This document shows, piece by piece, positions 15,307-25,457 of a stretch of DNA of 64,000 nucleotides; within the stretch, counting starts at the first letter, position 1; each line of letters opens with the position of its first letter. The stretch comes from a virus. Its lineage: Duplodnaviria; Caudoviricetes. The stretch covers positions 401-64,400 of IMG/VR virus record IMGVR_UViG_3300020202_000076. The stretch is one strand, 5' to 3'. Below the pieces are notes generated by a model. The model was not told the origin of the DNA. It made no database searches and saw only the letters and a list, made by a program, of their open reading frames with translations. A program made the position numbers and the translations under genes.

Positions 15307-18300
15307 TCATCGCGACGCTGATCGGAGTGATCCTTCTCTGGATGTCTTGAGGCGCGTGTAGCCCTGCTGGGCAATCGCGCTCATCCGATCCGTCAGTTGA
15401 TCGATCTCGGAACGCTTCTTCGCCCCGTCCATCTTCGTATCGGCCTGGATCTGCCTGATCCTCTGTCGGATCTGCGCGATCTGGTCGGAGGTCCGGTCAG
15501 CCATCCGCGCCTGCTGGAGAATGCCTGGGTTATCCTTCGCCAACTCCCTGGCTTCTTCCGTGCGGCCGAGCTTCTGCAGGGAGCGGACAGAACCGGCGAT
15601 CTGCCGGATCTCGGTTTGCAGGTCGTAGAAGTCGGTCATGTACTGAGACGAGCGCCCGGAGGCCTGGCGCATGAAGCGGCCGATGACCGGCGTGTCTTCG
15701 ATCCGCCGCGCCGCCCGCTCCCCGGGAGTCACCGCGTCATGCACGACGTTCGAGGCGCCCATCAGGTAGGTGGCGAGGGTGCCGAAATACCCCCGAAGGG
15801 CAGCGTCCACACGGACGGGCGAGACGACTTCAGGCGCGAGGGCACCGAGAGACTTGGCAAGCCCGCTGGTCTGGTCGCTGACCCGTTCTCCCGGGCGGAG
15901 GTTGCGCATCGCCTCGGTCTCGATGGTCTGGCCGGTGAAGCCGACCTTGTTCATCGCCTGCTCCAGGATGGGTTTGACGAGCTGCGGGGTGGGATCGAGG
16001 CTCAACTGATCGGCGAAGACGCGGAGCATTCGCTTCCTCAGTCTCTGGCTGTCGTCCTGGCCCAAGGCCCAGCGGGTCAGTCGTTCCGGGACGGTGGAGA
16101 AGACCGCACCGACCTCGAAGGGCTTGGGGAACTTGAACCAGGTGTCGCCGATTTTGATGTGATAGTTGTTGTCCTTCTCCTGGTCCGGGATCTTCTCGTA
16201 ATCCGGATCGCCCATGTTCGATAGCATCAGGGCGAGAGACGCGCCCATGATGAGGGAGCCGCGGAAGAGGAAAGACCGAGGCGTTTCGTTCGCCGAGCGG
16301 CCGAGCTTGTAGAGACCCTGAAGCCTGGCATTGAGGAACGGCACCACGGCGGTCAGGTAGCGCAGCGCGGTCATGTCGCCGCGCATCGAGAAGTCCATCA
16401 GGTCCATCGCCTGATACGCCGCCTCCGCCGGGCTCGCCCCTTCCTTGATCAGACGATCGTAGAGAGCCAGCCGGTTGGCGTTGTCCGAGGCCTTGCCGAC
16501 GGCCTCCCACTTTTCCCACCAGCTCCTGAGCGCATTCCGTGCGGCCTTGCCTTCGTCGAGGCGGTTCAGCTCACGGGCTTTGCCGATCGGATCGGTGCCG
16601 TAGAACCCCACCGCATCCGCGCCGCCTTCCCTCAAGGCCTGTGCGGAAGTCGAATCCTTGAGGGAGTCGACGAAGCCCTTCGCGGCTTTCCAAGGGTTGG
16701 TCCGACCTCCGGTAACGACCCAGGACGCGAGAGAGTCGCGCATCGCGTTGGCGAGCATGAAGTCGGGGAAGACCGTGACCGTGCGGGTGAGGAGATTCTT
16801 CGCTCCGCCGAAGATCTTCATCATCCCGTCGTTGAAGCCCGGCCAGTGAATGGCGGTCATCGAGCGAAGGAAGAACGGATCGTTCGCCGTGAAGGAAACC
16901 GGCTTGCCGTCATACATCACGGTAAACCCCGAACGGTCCTTGGACGGACGGGTCTTCAGGATGTCGGCGTAGCCCTTCTTGTCGGCGTCGGGAACATCCG
17001 AAGGCACGTCAGGCTCGGCATCGACCACGCCCCGGCGATCGAGAGCCCCGACCTTGACCCCGAGTTCGGCCGCCGACTGTGCGGCCATGTTCTTCATCGA
17101 GGCGTCGACCAGGTGAGAGACGTTCCTCACCATGTTCATCATCAGGTCGTTGATCTGCTCCTCGCCGCCTTCGAGCTTCTTGATCCCCGCGCGTTGACCG
17201 GCAAGACCCCTCTTCCCCCGTGGGGTGACTTCCTCGCCTTCGAGGATGCGGAAGAACGGGACGTAATCGTCCTTCTCGAAAACCGCCCGCGCGTCTTTCG
17301 AGACCAATCCCGATTGCTCCGCCATGTCGAGGACAGCGGAATTGAAACGCGCCCATTTGCGCTGAACCTCGCGGAACTCCGGGTACTGCTCGCCAAGCTT
17401 CAGCAGCTCGTCGATGTCGCTTTGCGAGAGGAGGCTTTCCCTGCCTTCCTGGATCAGGCGCTTCGACCGATTGGCGATGGCCCAGCCCTGCCAGAGACGG
17501 AGCAGACCTTTCTTCGCCAGGGGCTCGAAGATCGCGTTGAACCCGCCCTCGAACCCCTCCCGCTTCTGCCAGCGCCCGTCCTTCCACTGGACCATGCCGC
17601 TGGTCATCAGGGTGTGGATGACACCTCCGGAGTTGAGCATCCGCGCTCGTTTGTAGGCCGAGACCTCGGCGGAAAGCAGCTTCCCTTGGTTGAGGGATTT
17701 CTCGGCCTCGGCAATCGCGTCGTACTGATCGAACACGCCCTGGCGGAACTCGCGGCCGATATTCTCCTTCCAGTGCGCGAAGAACTCGCGGAGCTTCTGG
17801 CCGAAGGGCTTGTCGGTCGAGCCCATGATGCGCGAGATGATCTCTTCCTGCTGAGACGAGCCTTTCTTCTGCTCGGCCCGCTGGAAGAGAGAGCCGCGCG
17901 CCTGATCCATCTGCGCCGGGGTGACGCTGACGTTGCGCTCGGCATTGAGCGTGTCGGACCACCGCTCCTGGGCACGCTGGAACTTAGCCGTTACCTTCAC
18001 CAGCTTGTCGTCGAAGATGACGTAGTTGCGGGGGCCGTCGCCCTTGTCGCGGCTCGATCCGTCGAGGTAGCGGATGCCGGGGATGCCGGCTTTTGCCAGC
18101 CATTCCGACGCCGCTTTTGGCGAGCGACCAATTCCCAGTTCGTCACCGAGCCAGCCGGTCAGCTCACGGTATATCATCCGGCCTTCGGCCGACTGCATTG
18201 CGCGATGGGGCATATTGGCGCCAGCGAACGCAGCCCGCAGACGGTCACCGACCTTGTCGGACTGCGGACCATCCCAATCCAGATACTCATCCTCGGCGGG

Positions 18301-21300
18301 CGCAAGATCGACCTGATAAAGGCGTCCTTTCTTGCCGGCGCGCTCTTCCATGAGCCGGTCGTACTCAGCCTTCACTTCGTAGCCGCGCGGGTCGTTGAAT
18401 TTGCCATATTCGCCCGCCCTGTACTTATCCATCTCGCGCGAAAGATCCGTCAGGCGCTTGTTGACCGCGGCGAGGTATGCGTCGTCGCTCACGTTGTCGC
18501 GATAGTATTCAGCGACCTTCTTGTTGCCGGCGAAGTACAGCCCCCAGCCATACGCTTGGTTGCCCTCCCCTGAGCCGATCTTGTGCAGAGAGAACTCTTC
18601 GAAGTCGTGCGGCGAGCCATGCCATGCTGCGTGCATCGAAGAGTCCGAGCGGCCAGAGCGTCCTTGCTCTCTTGATCCGATCTCGCCGGAGCCGACGGCC
18701 TCCATCACGTCCTGCCACGACTTGAAGCCGTTGCCCTGCATCCAGTTCTTCACACGCGAGAGGAACTGCGCGATGCGATCGAACAGCCGACGGATGCCCG
18801 GCGCGACCTTGAGGTCGCCGACCGAATAAGCGGCGCGGGCCTCGGCAATCGCTTCCTCGATCTGCTGCTCGCGGGAAAGGTCGGAATAGCGCTCACCGAT
18901 ATTGTATTTCTGCATCCACCCACGGGCGGCAGCCTTGAGTATGTTCCACTCCTCCTGGGTGAAGAGGCCGGACTGCTTGAAGAAGTGGACGATCTCGTGG
19001 TTGAGCGTCTTGATCAGGTCCCGGGTCCCGCGGGACTTGCCGTCCTGGTCCTGCATCGCCAGCGAGACGATGCTCTCCAGCGAGCGCTCGTTGTAGGCCC
19101 CGAGGACGGCGCCCCTGTTCTCTCCGGTCCCGCCGGTCAGCTTGTCGGCGACGTTGACCGCAAGCTTCTTGTTCGGCGCCATCTGGCGCGCGATCTCGAC
19201 CATGGCTTCAGCGGCCTGGGAGCGCTTCGCCGTCCATTCGGGGCTTACGCGGTATTCCGCCTTGAGGTCGGGCGCGACCTGCCAGGAGACGGTTTCGCCT
19301 TCGGTCTTTGATGGGGTGTCGGCGCGACGCTCGGAGGTGGGGTTGTCGAAATTCGACCCAACCTCTATATTCAAATCGTCGCCGGGACGGCTCTCCAATG
19401 CGTTCGGGGCTGTTCTCTCGAAAGAGGACCCTCCCTCTGGGATCTCTGAATCCCTCGGCCCGGCGACCGCATCCCTGTCTTTGTTGAGTGCGTAGTGAAA
19501 GGTGCCGTCACGCATCTCGCGAACGGTCATGATCAAATCGCGCCTTTGGCCTCCAACGTCGGCCGACGCCTTGAGTTTGTGCCACACCTTGACATCGCTA
19601 CGGGGGTCGGCCTCCGGCTCGCTGCTGATTTTCTTCCCGCGCTCAAGCAATTGCGGAAGGGCCGGAATTGCGCGAAGCAGGTCTTCGCCCGCCCCGAAAA
19701 TCGTCTTCTTTTTTCCCTTCTTGTCGAACGAGATGGGCTTACCGAGGTCGGCGTTATTGACCGAGCGACCCTGGAGATTGTCCTCAAAATATCGGGTGGC
19801 CGCGTCGCGAAGGGAGCGAATGTCCGCGTGCTCCCCGAGCTCGGCCCCGGTCAGGCTGATCGGTTCGGCCTCGGCGCTAACTCCCGGCGGCGTGGCCCGA
19901 TCTTGGTTGGCGGGAGAAACGGGCGCGGCCGGAGCCACGGGCGCCGGGGCCTGCGGATTCGCCGCCCTCACCCATGCCTTGCCCTTCTGCTCGATCAATC
20001 CCTGTTGAGCGAGGGAGGCTTTGACCTGATCGAGGTTCGCCTCTTTCCCCGCGGCCTGGGCGATGTAGCGGTTTGTGACGGGCTTGCCGGGTTCGAGCTG
20101 AGCGACCGCTGCCGCAACCGGATCAGGCGCCGCAGATGGCGCGTCGAGATCGGAGACCAAAGCGCGCAGGCGCTCGGTGATGGCGCCCATGTCGTCTTGC
20201 GCGGGAAGCGCGGGCGGGGGCGCGGCCGGCATCTCGACGGGAGCGGCACTCGGATCGGGCGCAACCGGGGCGGCCGAAAGGTCGGGCATCTGAGTGCCGG
20301 ACTTATCGGGCATGGGAATGGGAGTTTCGGCCGGCTCGACCGGAGGGGCCGAGATCGGGGCGGGCTGAGGCGCGACGGCCGCGTGGGCCCGCTCGACGAG
20401 CTCGTCCGCGGGGACAAGCGGCGCCTGCCCTGGTTCCGCGCCAGGGACCGACGGTTGCTGGCGCGAGGAACCGACTGCCGTCTCGACAACGCCCGTGGGG
20501 ATCTCGGCGATGGCTTCGAGCGCGACTTCGCCGGGGCGCTTGATCTGGCCTTCGGAAACGAGCTGAGCGCCCGCCTCGCCGGCAGCCCCGCCCGTGGCCT
20601 GCATTCCCGCCTCGCCAGCGGCGCGCCCGACAAAGCGCGCGGTGGATTTCGGGCCGCCCGCCATGCGCAGGATCTTGCCGGCGAAACCAGCGGTGAGGCC
20701 GTCGAACAGACCGACCGGGACGCCGCGCTTGACCGCGTGCTCCCGCGCCTTCGCCATCATCTCGGGATCGGAAAGCCCGGAGGTGACGGATTGCGCATCG
20801 TCGAGCTTGATCCCCGCCTCGCGCAGCGCATCGAGGACGGAGGAGGCGTATTCCGTGGCGCCGGAGGTCACGCCGGCCGCGGCGCCGAAAGCGAGGGGAC
20901 CGCCGAGGGCAGCAGGGAGAGCCGCGGCCATTCCCGGACCCGCCTGCCCGATGGACTCGCCCATGATCGAGAACAGAGCGCCGGGGGATTTGATCAGGCC
21001 GCCGAGGAAGTCGGAGACCGACTGCGCCTCGGACATCTGGCGCATGGCTTCCTGTGTTTCAGGAGGGGCCGGGATGGACTGCTGATAGCGTTCCTGCTCG
21101 GCGATGGTCTGCGCCGCACTCTCCGGCGCCATAACACCGAGGTCGGCAGCGACACCCGCGGCCCCTTGCTTGAAGCGCGAGAAACCGCGGCGGCCGGAGG
21201 CGAAGAACGGAGAGGAGGTCTCGACCGGAGGCGGGGGCCGGATATCCGAAGTGAGATCGTCGAGCAGGCCGGAGAGCGACGGAGCAGCCTTGGGAACGGG

Positions 21301-21363
21301 CGCGCCTCCGCCGGACACCGGCATCGGGCCGATATCCTGGAGGAGGTCGCTGAACAGGTTCAC
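15307..21363 (-). CDS. 2018-aa polyvalent ejection/internal virion protein (LPD3-like, HExxH metallopeptidase-like, ART-like, LPD38-like)
   Basis: LNHEIVH...EEAIAE; AWHGSPHDFEEFS..KIGSGEG.QAYGWGLYFA; C-terminal DYEKIP..EKDNNY...FPKPFEVG; last gene of the virion operon. Confidence 0.8.
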   Translation of the reverse strand: MNLFSDLLQDIGPMPVSGGGAPVPKAAPSLSGLLDDLTSDIRPPPPVETSSPFFASGRRGFSRFKQGAAGVAADLGVMAPESAAQTIAEQERYQQSIPAPPETQEAMRQMSEAQSVSDFLGGLIKSPGALFSIMGESIGQAGPGMAAALPAALGGPLAFGAAAGVTSGATEYASSVLDALREAGIKLDDAQSVTSGLSDPEMMAKAREHAVKRGVPVGLFDGLTAGFAGKILRMAGGPKSTARFVGRAAGEAGMQATGGAAGEAGAQLVSEGQIKRPGEVALEAIAEIPTGVVETAVGSSRQQPSVPGAEPGQAPLVPADELVERAHAAVAPQPAPISAPPVEPAETPIPMPDKSGTQMPDLSAAPVAPDPSAAPVEMPAAPPPALPAQDDMGAITERLRALVSDLDAPSAAPDPVAAAVAQLEPGKPVTNRYIAQAAGKEANLDQVKASLAQQGLIEQKGKAWVRAANPQAPAPVAPAAPVSPANQDRATPPGVSAEAEPISLTGAELGEHADIRSLRDAATRYFEDNLQGRSVNNADLGKPISFDKKGKKKTIFGAGEDLLRAIPALPQLLERGKKISSEPEADPRSDVKVWHKLKASADVGGQRRDLIMTVREMRDGTFHYALNKDRDAVAGPRDSEIPEGGSSFERTAPNALESRPGDDLNIEVGSNFDNPTSERRADTPSKTEGETVSWQVAPDLKAEYRVSPEWTAKRSQAAEAMVEIARQMAPNKKLAVNVADKLTGGTGENRGAVLGAYNERSLESIVSLAMQDQDGKSRGTRDLIKTLNHEIVHFFKQSGLFTQEEWNILKAAARGWMQKYNIGERYSDLSREQQIEEAIAEARAAYSVGDLKVAPGIRRLFDRIAQFLSRVKNWMQGNGFKSWQDVMEAVGSGEIGSREQGRSGRSDSSMHAAWHGSPHDFEEFSLHKIGSGEGNQAYGWGLYFAGNKKVAEYYRDNVSDDAYLAAVNKRLTDLSREMDKYRAGEYGKFNDPRGYEVKAEYDRLMEERAGKKGRLYQVDLAPAEDEYLDWDGPQSDKVGDRLRAAFAGANMPHRAMQSAEGRMIYRELTGWLGDELGIGRSPKAASEWLAKAGIPGIRYLDGSSRDKGDGPRNYVIFDDKLVKVTAKFQRAQERWSDTLNAERNVSVTPAQMDQARGSLFQRAEQKKGSSQQEEIISRIMGSTDKPFGQKLREFFAHWKENIGREFRQGVFDQYDAIAEAEKSLNQGKLLSAEVSAYKRARMLNSGGVIHTLMTSGMVQWKDGRWQKREGFEGGFNAIFEPLAKKGLLRLWQGWAIANRSKRLIQEGRESLLSQSDIDELLKLGEQYPEFREVQRKWARFNSAVLDMAEQSGLVSKDARAVFEKDDYVPFFRILEGEEVTPRGKRGLAGQRAGIKKLEGGEEQINDLMMNMVRNVSHLVDASMKNMAAQSAAELGVKVGALDRRGVVDAEPDVPSDVPDADKKGYADILKTRPSKDRSGFTVMYDGKPVSFTANDPFFLRSMTAIHWPGFNDGMMKIFGGAKNLLTRTVTVFPDFMLANAMRDSLASWVVTGGRTNPWKAAKGFVDSLKDSTSAQALREGGADAVGFYGTDPIGKARELNRLDEGKAARNALRSWWEKWEAVGKASDNANRLALYDRLIKEGASPAEAAYQAMDLMDFSMRGDMTALRYLTAVVPFLNARLQGLYKLGRSANETPRSFLFRGSLIMGASLALMLSNMGDPDYEKIPDQEKDNNYHIKIGDTWFKFPKPFEVGAVFSTVPERLTRWALGQDDSQRLRKRMLRVFADQLSLDPTPQLVKPILEQAMNKVGFTGQTIETEAMRNLRPGERVSDQTSGLAKSLGALAPEVVSPVRVDAALRGYFGTLATYLMGASNVVHDAVTPGERAARRIEDTPVIGRFMRQASGRSSQYMTDFYDLQTEIRQIAGSVRSLQKLGRTEEARELAKDNPGILQQARMADRTSDQIAQIRQRIRQIQADTKMDGAKKRSEIDQLTDRMSAIAQQGYTRLKTSREGSLRSASR

Positions 21364-22736
21364 TTCATCGCCTCGTCGACACGCTTTTTGGCTTCGCCGA
21401 TGCGGCGTTCTTTTTCTTCGGGAGAAAGAGGCGACGCCTTGATCTGGTCGATCGCCTCGCCGAGCTGGCGATAAAGAGCCGTGCGTCCCACCCGGGTCTT
21501 CGGGCCGAAGATGTCCAGGATCTCGCCTTCGACCTTGCGGCGCATCTCCGGAGTCTCGGGAACGCTGCCTTTCTCGGTCAGAGCCTCCAGGCGCTCGCGG
21601 AAATGCTTGGCGGCATCCTCGTCCACCCGCCTTTGATCCTGCTCGCTGCGCCGCTGGCCTTCGGCGTGGCGGTCTTCCCTTCGACCGCTTTCGATCATGG
21701 CCGTAAGCGCGCGCTGCGAGGCCTGATTGCCCTGCTGCGCTTCGAGGGAGAGCTTGCGGAACTCCAGGAGATCGCGCTGCGCCTCGGCCCTGGCCTCGCG
21801 GTTGAGCTGATTGTCCTTCGCCCGCTGCTCGAGCTGGAGAAGGAAATCCTTGCCCTTGAGATCGAGGCCCTTCTGTTCGAGGTCGAGCCGTCGATCGCCC
21901 TGCGCAAGCTGGCGCTCTTCGCGCTTGTCGAGGTTGTCGTTGCGCCTGCGCTGCTCATGCAGTTGCATCGCCGCCAATCCGCCCTCGCCGATCGCGCCGC
22001 CGAAGGTAGCGCCGGGTTTGCCGCCGGCAGCCATGGTGGCGAGACCCATGGTCAGGAGCGATTGCGGCAGGTTTGGGAACCTCTGCATCAGCCCGGCAAG
22101 CGCCCCTTGATCTGCGCCATTGCCGCCGTTTGCCGCAGGTGAGCCCTGCGTCATGGCGATGCCGCGCTGCCCTTCGAGATCGGGGGATTGGGGAATGACC
22201 GGCGGAGAGTTCGGCGGCATGCCGTTCTCCATCGCCGAGAGCGACGGCATCGAGCCGCCGAGCATAGGGTTCGGCGGAGTCGGTTTCGGCGGAGGGGCGG
22301 GCGGCGCTCCGATCAACGCTTGGAGCGCCGGCGGAAGCGCGTTTCGGCGCACGCCCCCTCTCTGACCTTCGAGGTCGGGAGATATGGACGTTTCGGCCGG
22401 GAGCGCCATGCCCCGTTGGCCCTCAAGGTCGATGGGGGCTGTCGAGGGAACTTCGCCCGTCGGCATCAGATGCTGAAGGACCGAGCCAACGACGCCGCGG
22501 CCGGGAGCCATCGGGAACTCGCCTCGCATGACCTGCGCCGCGGCACCGGGCTTGTATCCTTCAGGGACCGGATTGGGCTTCAGCAGAGGCGCGCGCTGCG
22601 ATGCGACAGGCGACTGCGCCACGGGGGACGGCATTCTCGCGCGCCAGTCCTCCGCGTATTCTTCCCCATAGGGGGCGTAGGAGGTCGGGGGCTGGTTGAT
22701 CTGCGCCAGCCGGCGGAGAAGCTGGATCGTGTCCAT
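21360..22736 (-). CDS. Ejection/internal virion protein
   Basis: Gly-rich amphipathic segment (LLTMGLATMAAGG...GAIGEGG) and coiled coil; DLEGQRG repeated three times. Confidence 0.65.
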   Translation of the reverse strand: MDTIQLLRRLAQINQPPTSYAPYGEEYAEDWRARMPSPVAQSPVASQRAPLLKPNPVPEGYKPGAAAQVMRGEFPMAPGRGVVGSVLQHLMPTGEVPSTAPIDLEGQRGMALPAETSISPDLEGQRGGVRRNALPPALQALIGAPPAPPPKPTPPNPMLGGSMPSLSAMENGMPPNSPPVIPQSPDLEGQRGIAMTQGSPAANGGNGADQGALAGLMQRFPNLPQSLLTMGLATMAAGGKPGATFGGAIGEGGLAAMQLHEQRRRNDNLDKREERQLAQGDRRLDLEQKGLDLKGKDFLLQLEQRAKDNQLNREARAEAQRDLLEFRKLSLEAQQGNQASQRALTAMIESGRREDRHAEGQRRSEQDQRRVDEDAAKHFRERLEALTEKGSVPETPEMRRKVEGEILDIFGPKTRVGRTALYRQLGEAIDQIKASPLSPEEKERRIGEAKKRVDEAMK

Positions 22737-24092
22737 CTACTTGCCCATGAACATCGAGAGAAGCCCGGCGAGGCTGAGGGCGCCACCGCCGACCTGCGCT
22801 GCCGTGTTGGGCCCGGGCCCGTAGGTCGTGCGCCCGTAGGGAGACTGGTTGAGCGCCGAGATCAGCATGTTGAGGTTTTCCTGCGGGTGGTTCTGCTCCC
22901 TCAAGAAATCCTGATAGGCAAGGTCCATGTTCGCCTGATCCATGCCCTGCTGCTCTTTGCCGATCCCCATCAGTGCGGCGATGTCCTTGTAGGACATGTC
23001 CTGCGAAAGTTTCGCGAGCTCGCCCTGCTGGCCGGCGGACTGGATGTCCAGGCCCATCTTCTTGAGCATCGCGTCCTGGTTGGCGAGGTTGGATTCCTGC
23101 CGGAGCTTCGCGTTCAACTGCGCGATCGTGTTGAGCGCATCCTGGTTTCGGAACTGCGCCTGGGTGGTGACGTTCTGGTTCGACTTCGCCGCATCCAGTC
23201 CCGTGGACTGATTGGCCAACCCCGCCGTCAAGGCGCGGTCCTGATCGCGCTGAACGAGACCAGAGGCCGTGTCGAAACCGCCGGCCATGCCTTCGGCTTC
23301 GGTCTTCGCCAGTTGGGCGAGGATGTTCTTCTGCGTCTCGGCGTCGAGAAGCGCGGCGCGCGAACCCCCGAACGCGCCGGAGCCCGTGGCTCGGGCTGCG
23401 TTCCCGGTGAGCATGATGTCGCCCTGCCGCTGAATCTCGGCGAGCGTCGGATCAAGGGCCGCTTGGCGGTACTGATTGAGGTATTGGATAACGGGCGCGT
23501 CGGTGAAGCGCTCGGCCGCCACACGCTCGGCGTTCACCCGTTCGAGCCCGGCCGGATCGACCGTCGACGCCTCGGCCTGGGGCTGGCCGCCCATGAAGGA
23601 ATTCCCGGACGGGAAGGAGATCGGGGCCCCGCCGCCATTCAGGGCCGGCAGCAAAGCGCCGATGCTCGATGCGCTGCCGAACATCGGCGAGGTGTTGAGC
23701 ATCGGCTCCGGCCCGCCGGTTCGCGGCATGCCGAAGTTGAGCACGCCAGGACGCGCCAGGCCGGGCGTGTGACCGGCGCCGATCGATCCGCCTCTCGCCT
23801 TCTGCATCCAGTCGACGTTCGGGCCGCCAACCATCGGCGCCGCGGTCGCGCTCACGCCCTGAGCTGCCTTCATCGCGGAGGCGAGGTTCCCCGACTGAGC
23901 GCCCATGCCGGAGCGGATTGCGCCGAAGGCATTGGCCTGATCCGGCGACCAGCCGGCGATCCTCTGATTGCCATAGGTCTGGAAGGGCTTGGTCGCGAGC
24001 TCGTTGGCGAGGCTCATATTGGACTGAGCCTGCTTGTCGACCCATTCGGGAAGCTCGATTTTCGACGCGACTTGGGAAGAGCTACCGCCCAT
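22737..24092 (-). CDS. Ejection/pilot protein
   Basis: MGGSSSQ...LPEWV...Y...RIAG.SPDQ, GSGAFGGSR, DLAYQDFLREQNHP. Confidence 0.7.
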   Translation of the reverse strand: MGGSSSQVASKIELPEWVDKQAQSNMSLANELATKPFQTYGNQRIAGWSPDQANAFGAIRSGMGAQSGNLASAMKAAQGVSATAAPMVGGPNVDWMQKARGGSIGAGHTPGLARPGVLNFGMPRTGGPEPMLNTSPMFGSASSIGALLPALNGGGAPISFPSGNSFMGGQPQAEASTVDPAGLERVNAERVAAERFTDAPVIQYLNQYRQAALDPTLAEIQRQGDIMLTGNAARATGSGAFGGSRAALLDAETQKNILAQLAKTEAEGMAGGFDTASGLVQRDQDRALTAGLANQSTGLDAAKSNQNVTTQAQFRNQDALNTIAQLNAKLRQESNLANQDAMLKKMGLDIQSAGQQGELAKLSQDMSYKDIAALMGIGKEQQGMDQANMDLAYQDFLREQNHPQENLNMLISALNQSPYGRTTYGPGPNTAAQVGGGALSLAGLLSMFMGK

Positions 24093-24501
24093 CGGGCACC
24101 TCGGCTTCGTAAATCGTGGCGACGGCCTTGACCGGCAGGGCCTTGTCGTTGGCCCTCGGCCCCTGCATGCGGATGCGTCGGATGTTCAGCGAGCGGGCAA
24201 AGTCCAGAACCTCGGGCCAGTAGTCGGCGATGGTCCTGTTCTGGTGTCGATGGAAGCAGATCCAGACGAAGAGGATCGGCGTTCCGCCTTCGAAGATGCG
24301 TTGGCTGACAAGGCAGCCGCAGACATGCCCGTCCTCATCCCGCGCGACATGCAGGAGGGCGGTCTGTCCGATCAGCTCGATGAACACGTCCTCGGGCAGC
24401 CAGAGCGCCTTGGTGCGTTCCTTGACCGCCTCGACCATCGGGCGCACGAGCGGCCACGCCTCCCGGATCTTCTCGGGAGGGACCGCTTCGAGATGGGGCA
24501 T
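24082..24501 (-). CDS. GNAT-like virion assembly protein (P22 gp14 / T7 gp13 position)
   Basis: 139 aa; LFVWICF...VLDFARSLNIRRIRMQG; position between nozzle and ejection genes. Confidence 0.55.
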   Translation of the reverse strand: MPHLEAVPPEKIREAWPLVRPMVEAVKERTKALWLPEDVFIELIGQTALLHVARDEDGHVCGCLVSQRIFEGGTPILFVWICFHRHQNRTIADYWPEVLDFARSLNIRRIRMQGPRANDKALPVKAVATIYEAEVPDGR

Positions 24502-25457
24502 TACTTGAGGCCGACGGCCTTGCGCAGACGGTTCAGGTCGTAGGCCCCGGTGTTGAGCTTCTTCAGGAAGTCGGCGCCGAGCTTCTGCATCTGGACCGCG
24601 CGGATCACGCCCTCGCCGCCATCGGCGTTGATCGTCACATCGTCCTTGCCGTACTTCTTGTCGCCTTTGACCACGCCGCCCTTGGCATACATGCCCGGCG
24701 ACTCGCCCTCGCTTCCGGCCTCGGCTGGATCGATGCCGCCGCTGTAGTCGCCCTGCGAAGGATCGCTTCGACCCGCGAGTTCCGGGTTCGCGACGCCGCC
24801 GGCCACGTTCATGCCGGTGTTCGCAGCGCCGGCAATCTGACCGCCGACATAATCACCGGGGTTGGACAGACCGCTATTGGCGAGAGCGGCCGAAAGCTGG
24901 CTGTCTTCGAGGAAGTTGGCGCCCTTCATGCCGATGATGCTGGCGACGATGCTCGGCAGGCTGAACCCGGCGATGGAGTTCTTTTCCTTGCCGGCCGCGT
25001 ATGACTGAAGCTCTGCCGGCGTCATCTGATCGAAGGCTTTTCCATGCTCGGCATTGCGCTCGTTCGCCATGCTCTGGCCGCCATCCGGACCGCCGCCTCT
25101 TCCGTCGAGAAGATCCGTTGCCGTGGAGCTCGCCGTGTTCGTACCCGTCGAGGTCGCCGGGGATGTGGTCCAGGCCGAGTTATCCGGGCGGAAGTTGCGG
25201 TGCTGCGGGCCGAAGCCGTATTTCGAGACGTCGCCTGCATACGGGGTGTAGGAGGATTTCAACGCCCCACCGGCAAAGCGGTCGGCGTAGGGAAGCGTCG
25301 AAGGCGGACGCATGGCGTTGTATGGATCGACGGCGGGCGCCATCGGCTGATCGCCGGATAGGCTCTGAGCCAGCCCCGGCACGCCGGCCCGCGTCGGCGC
25401 ACGCGGCGGCGCGGAAGACTGAAACTGCCGGAGGATCTGGGACAGGTCGAAACTCAT
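24501..25457 (-). CDS. Probable internal virion protein
   Basis: Start at MSFDLSQ (ATGA-coupled); C-terminal YAKGG.V.G.....DDV......GEGVI motif. Confidence 0.6.
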   Translation of the reverse strand: MSFDLSQILRQFQSSAPPRAPTRAGVPGLAQSLSGDQPMAPAVDPYNAMRPPSTLPYADRFAGGALKSSYTPYAGDVSKYGFGPQHRNFRPDNSAWTTSPATSTGTNTASSTATDLLDGRGGGPDGGQSMANERNAEHGKAFDQMTPAELQSYAAGKEKNSIAGFSLPSIVASIIGMKGANFLEDSQLSAALANSGLSNPGDYVGGQIAGAANTGMNVAGGVANPELAGRSDPSQGDYSGGIDPAEAGSEGESPGMYAKGGVVKGDKKYGKDDVTINADGGEGVIRAVQMQKLGADFLKKLNTGAYDLNRLRKAVGLK

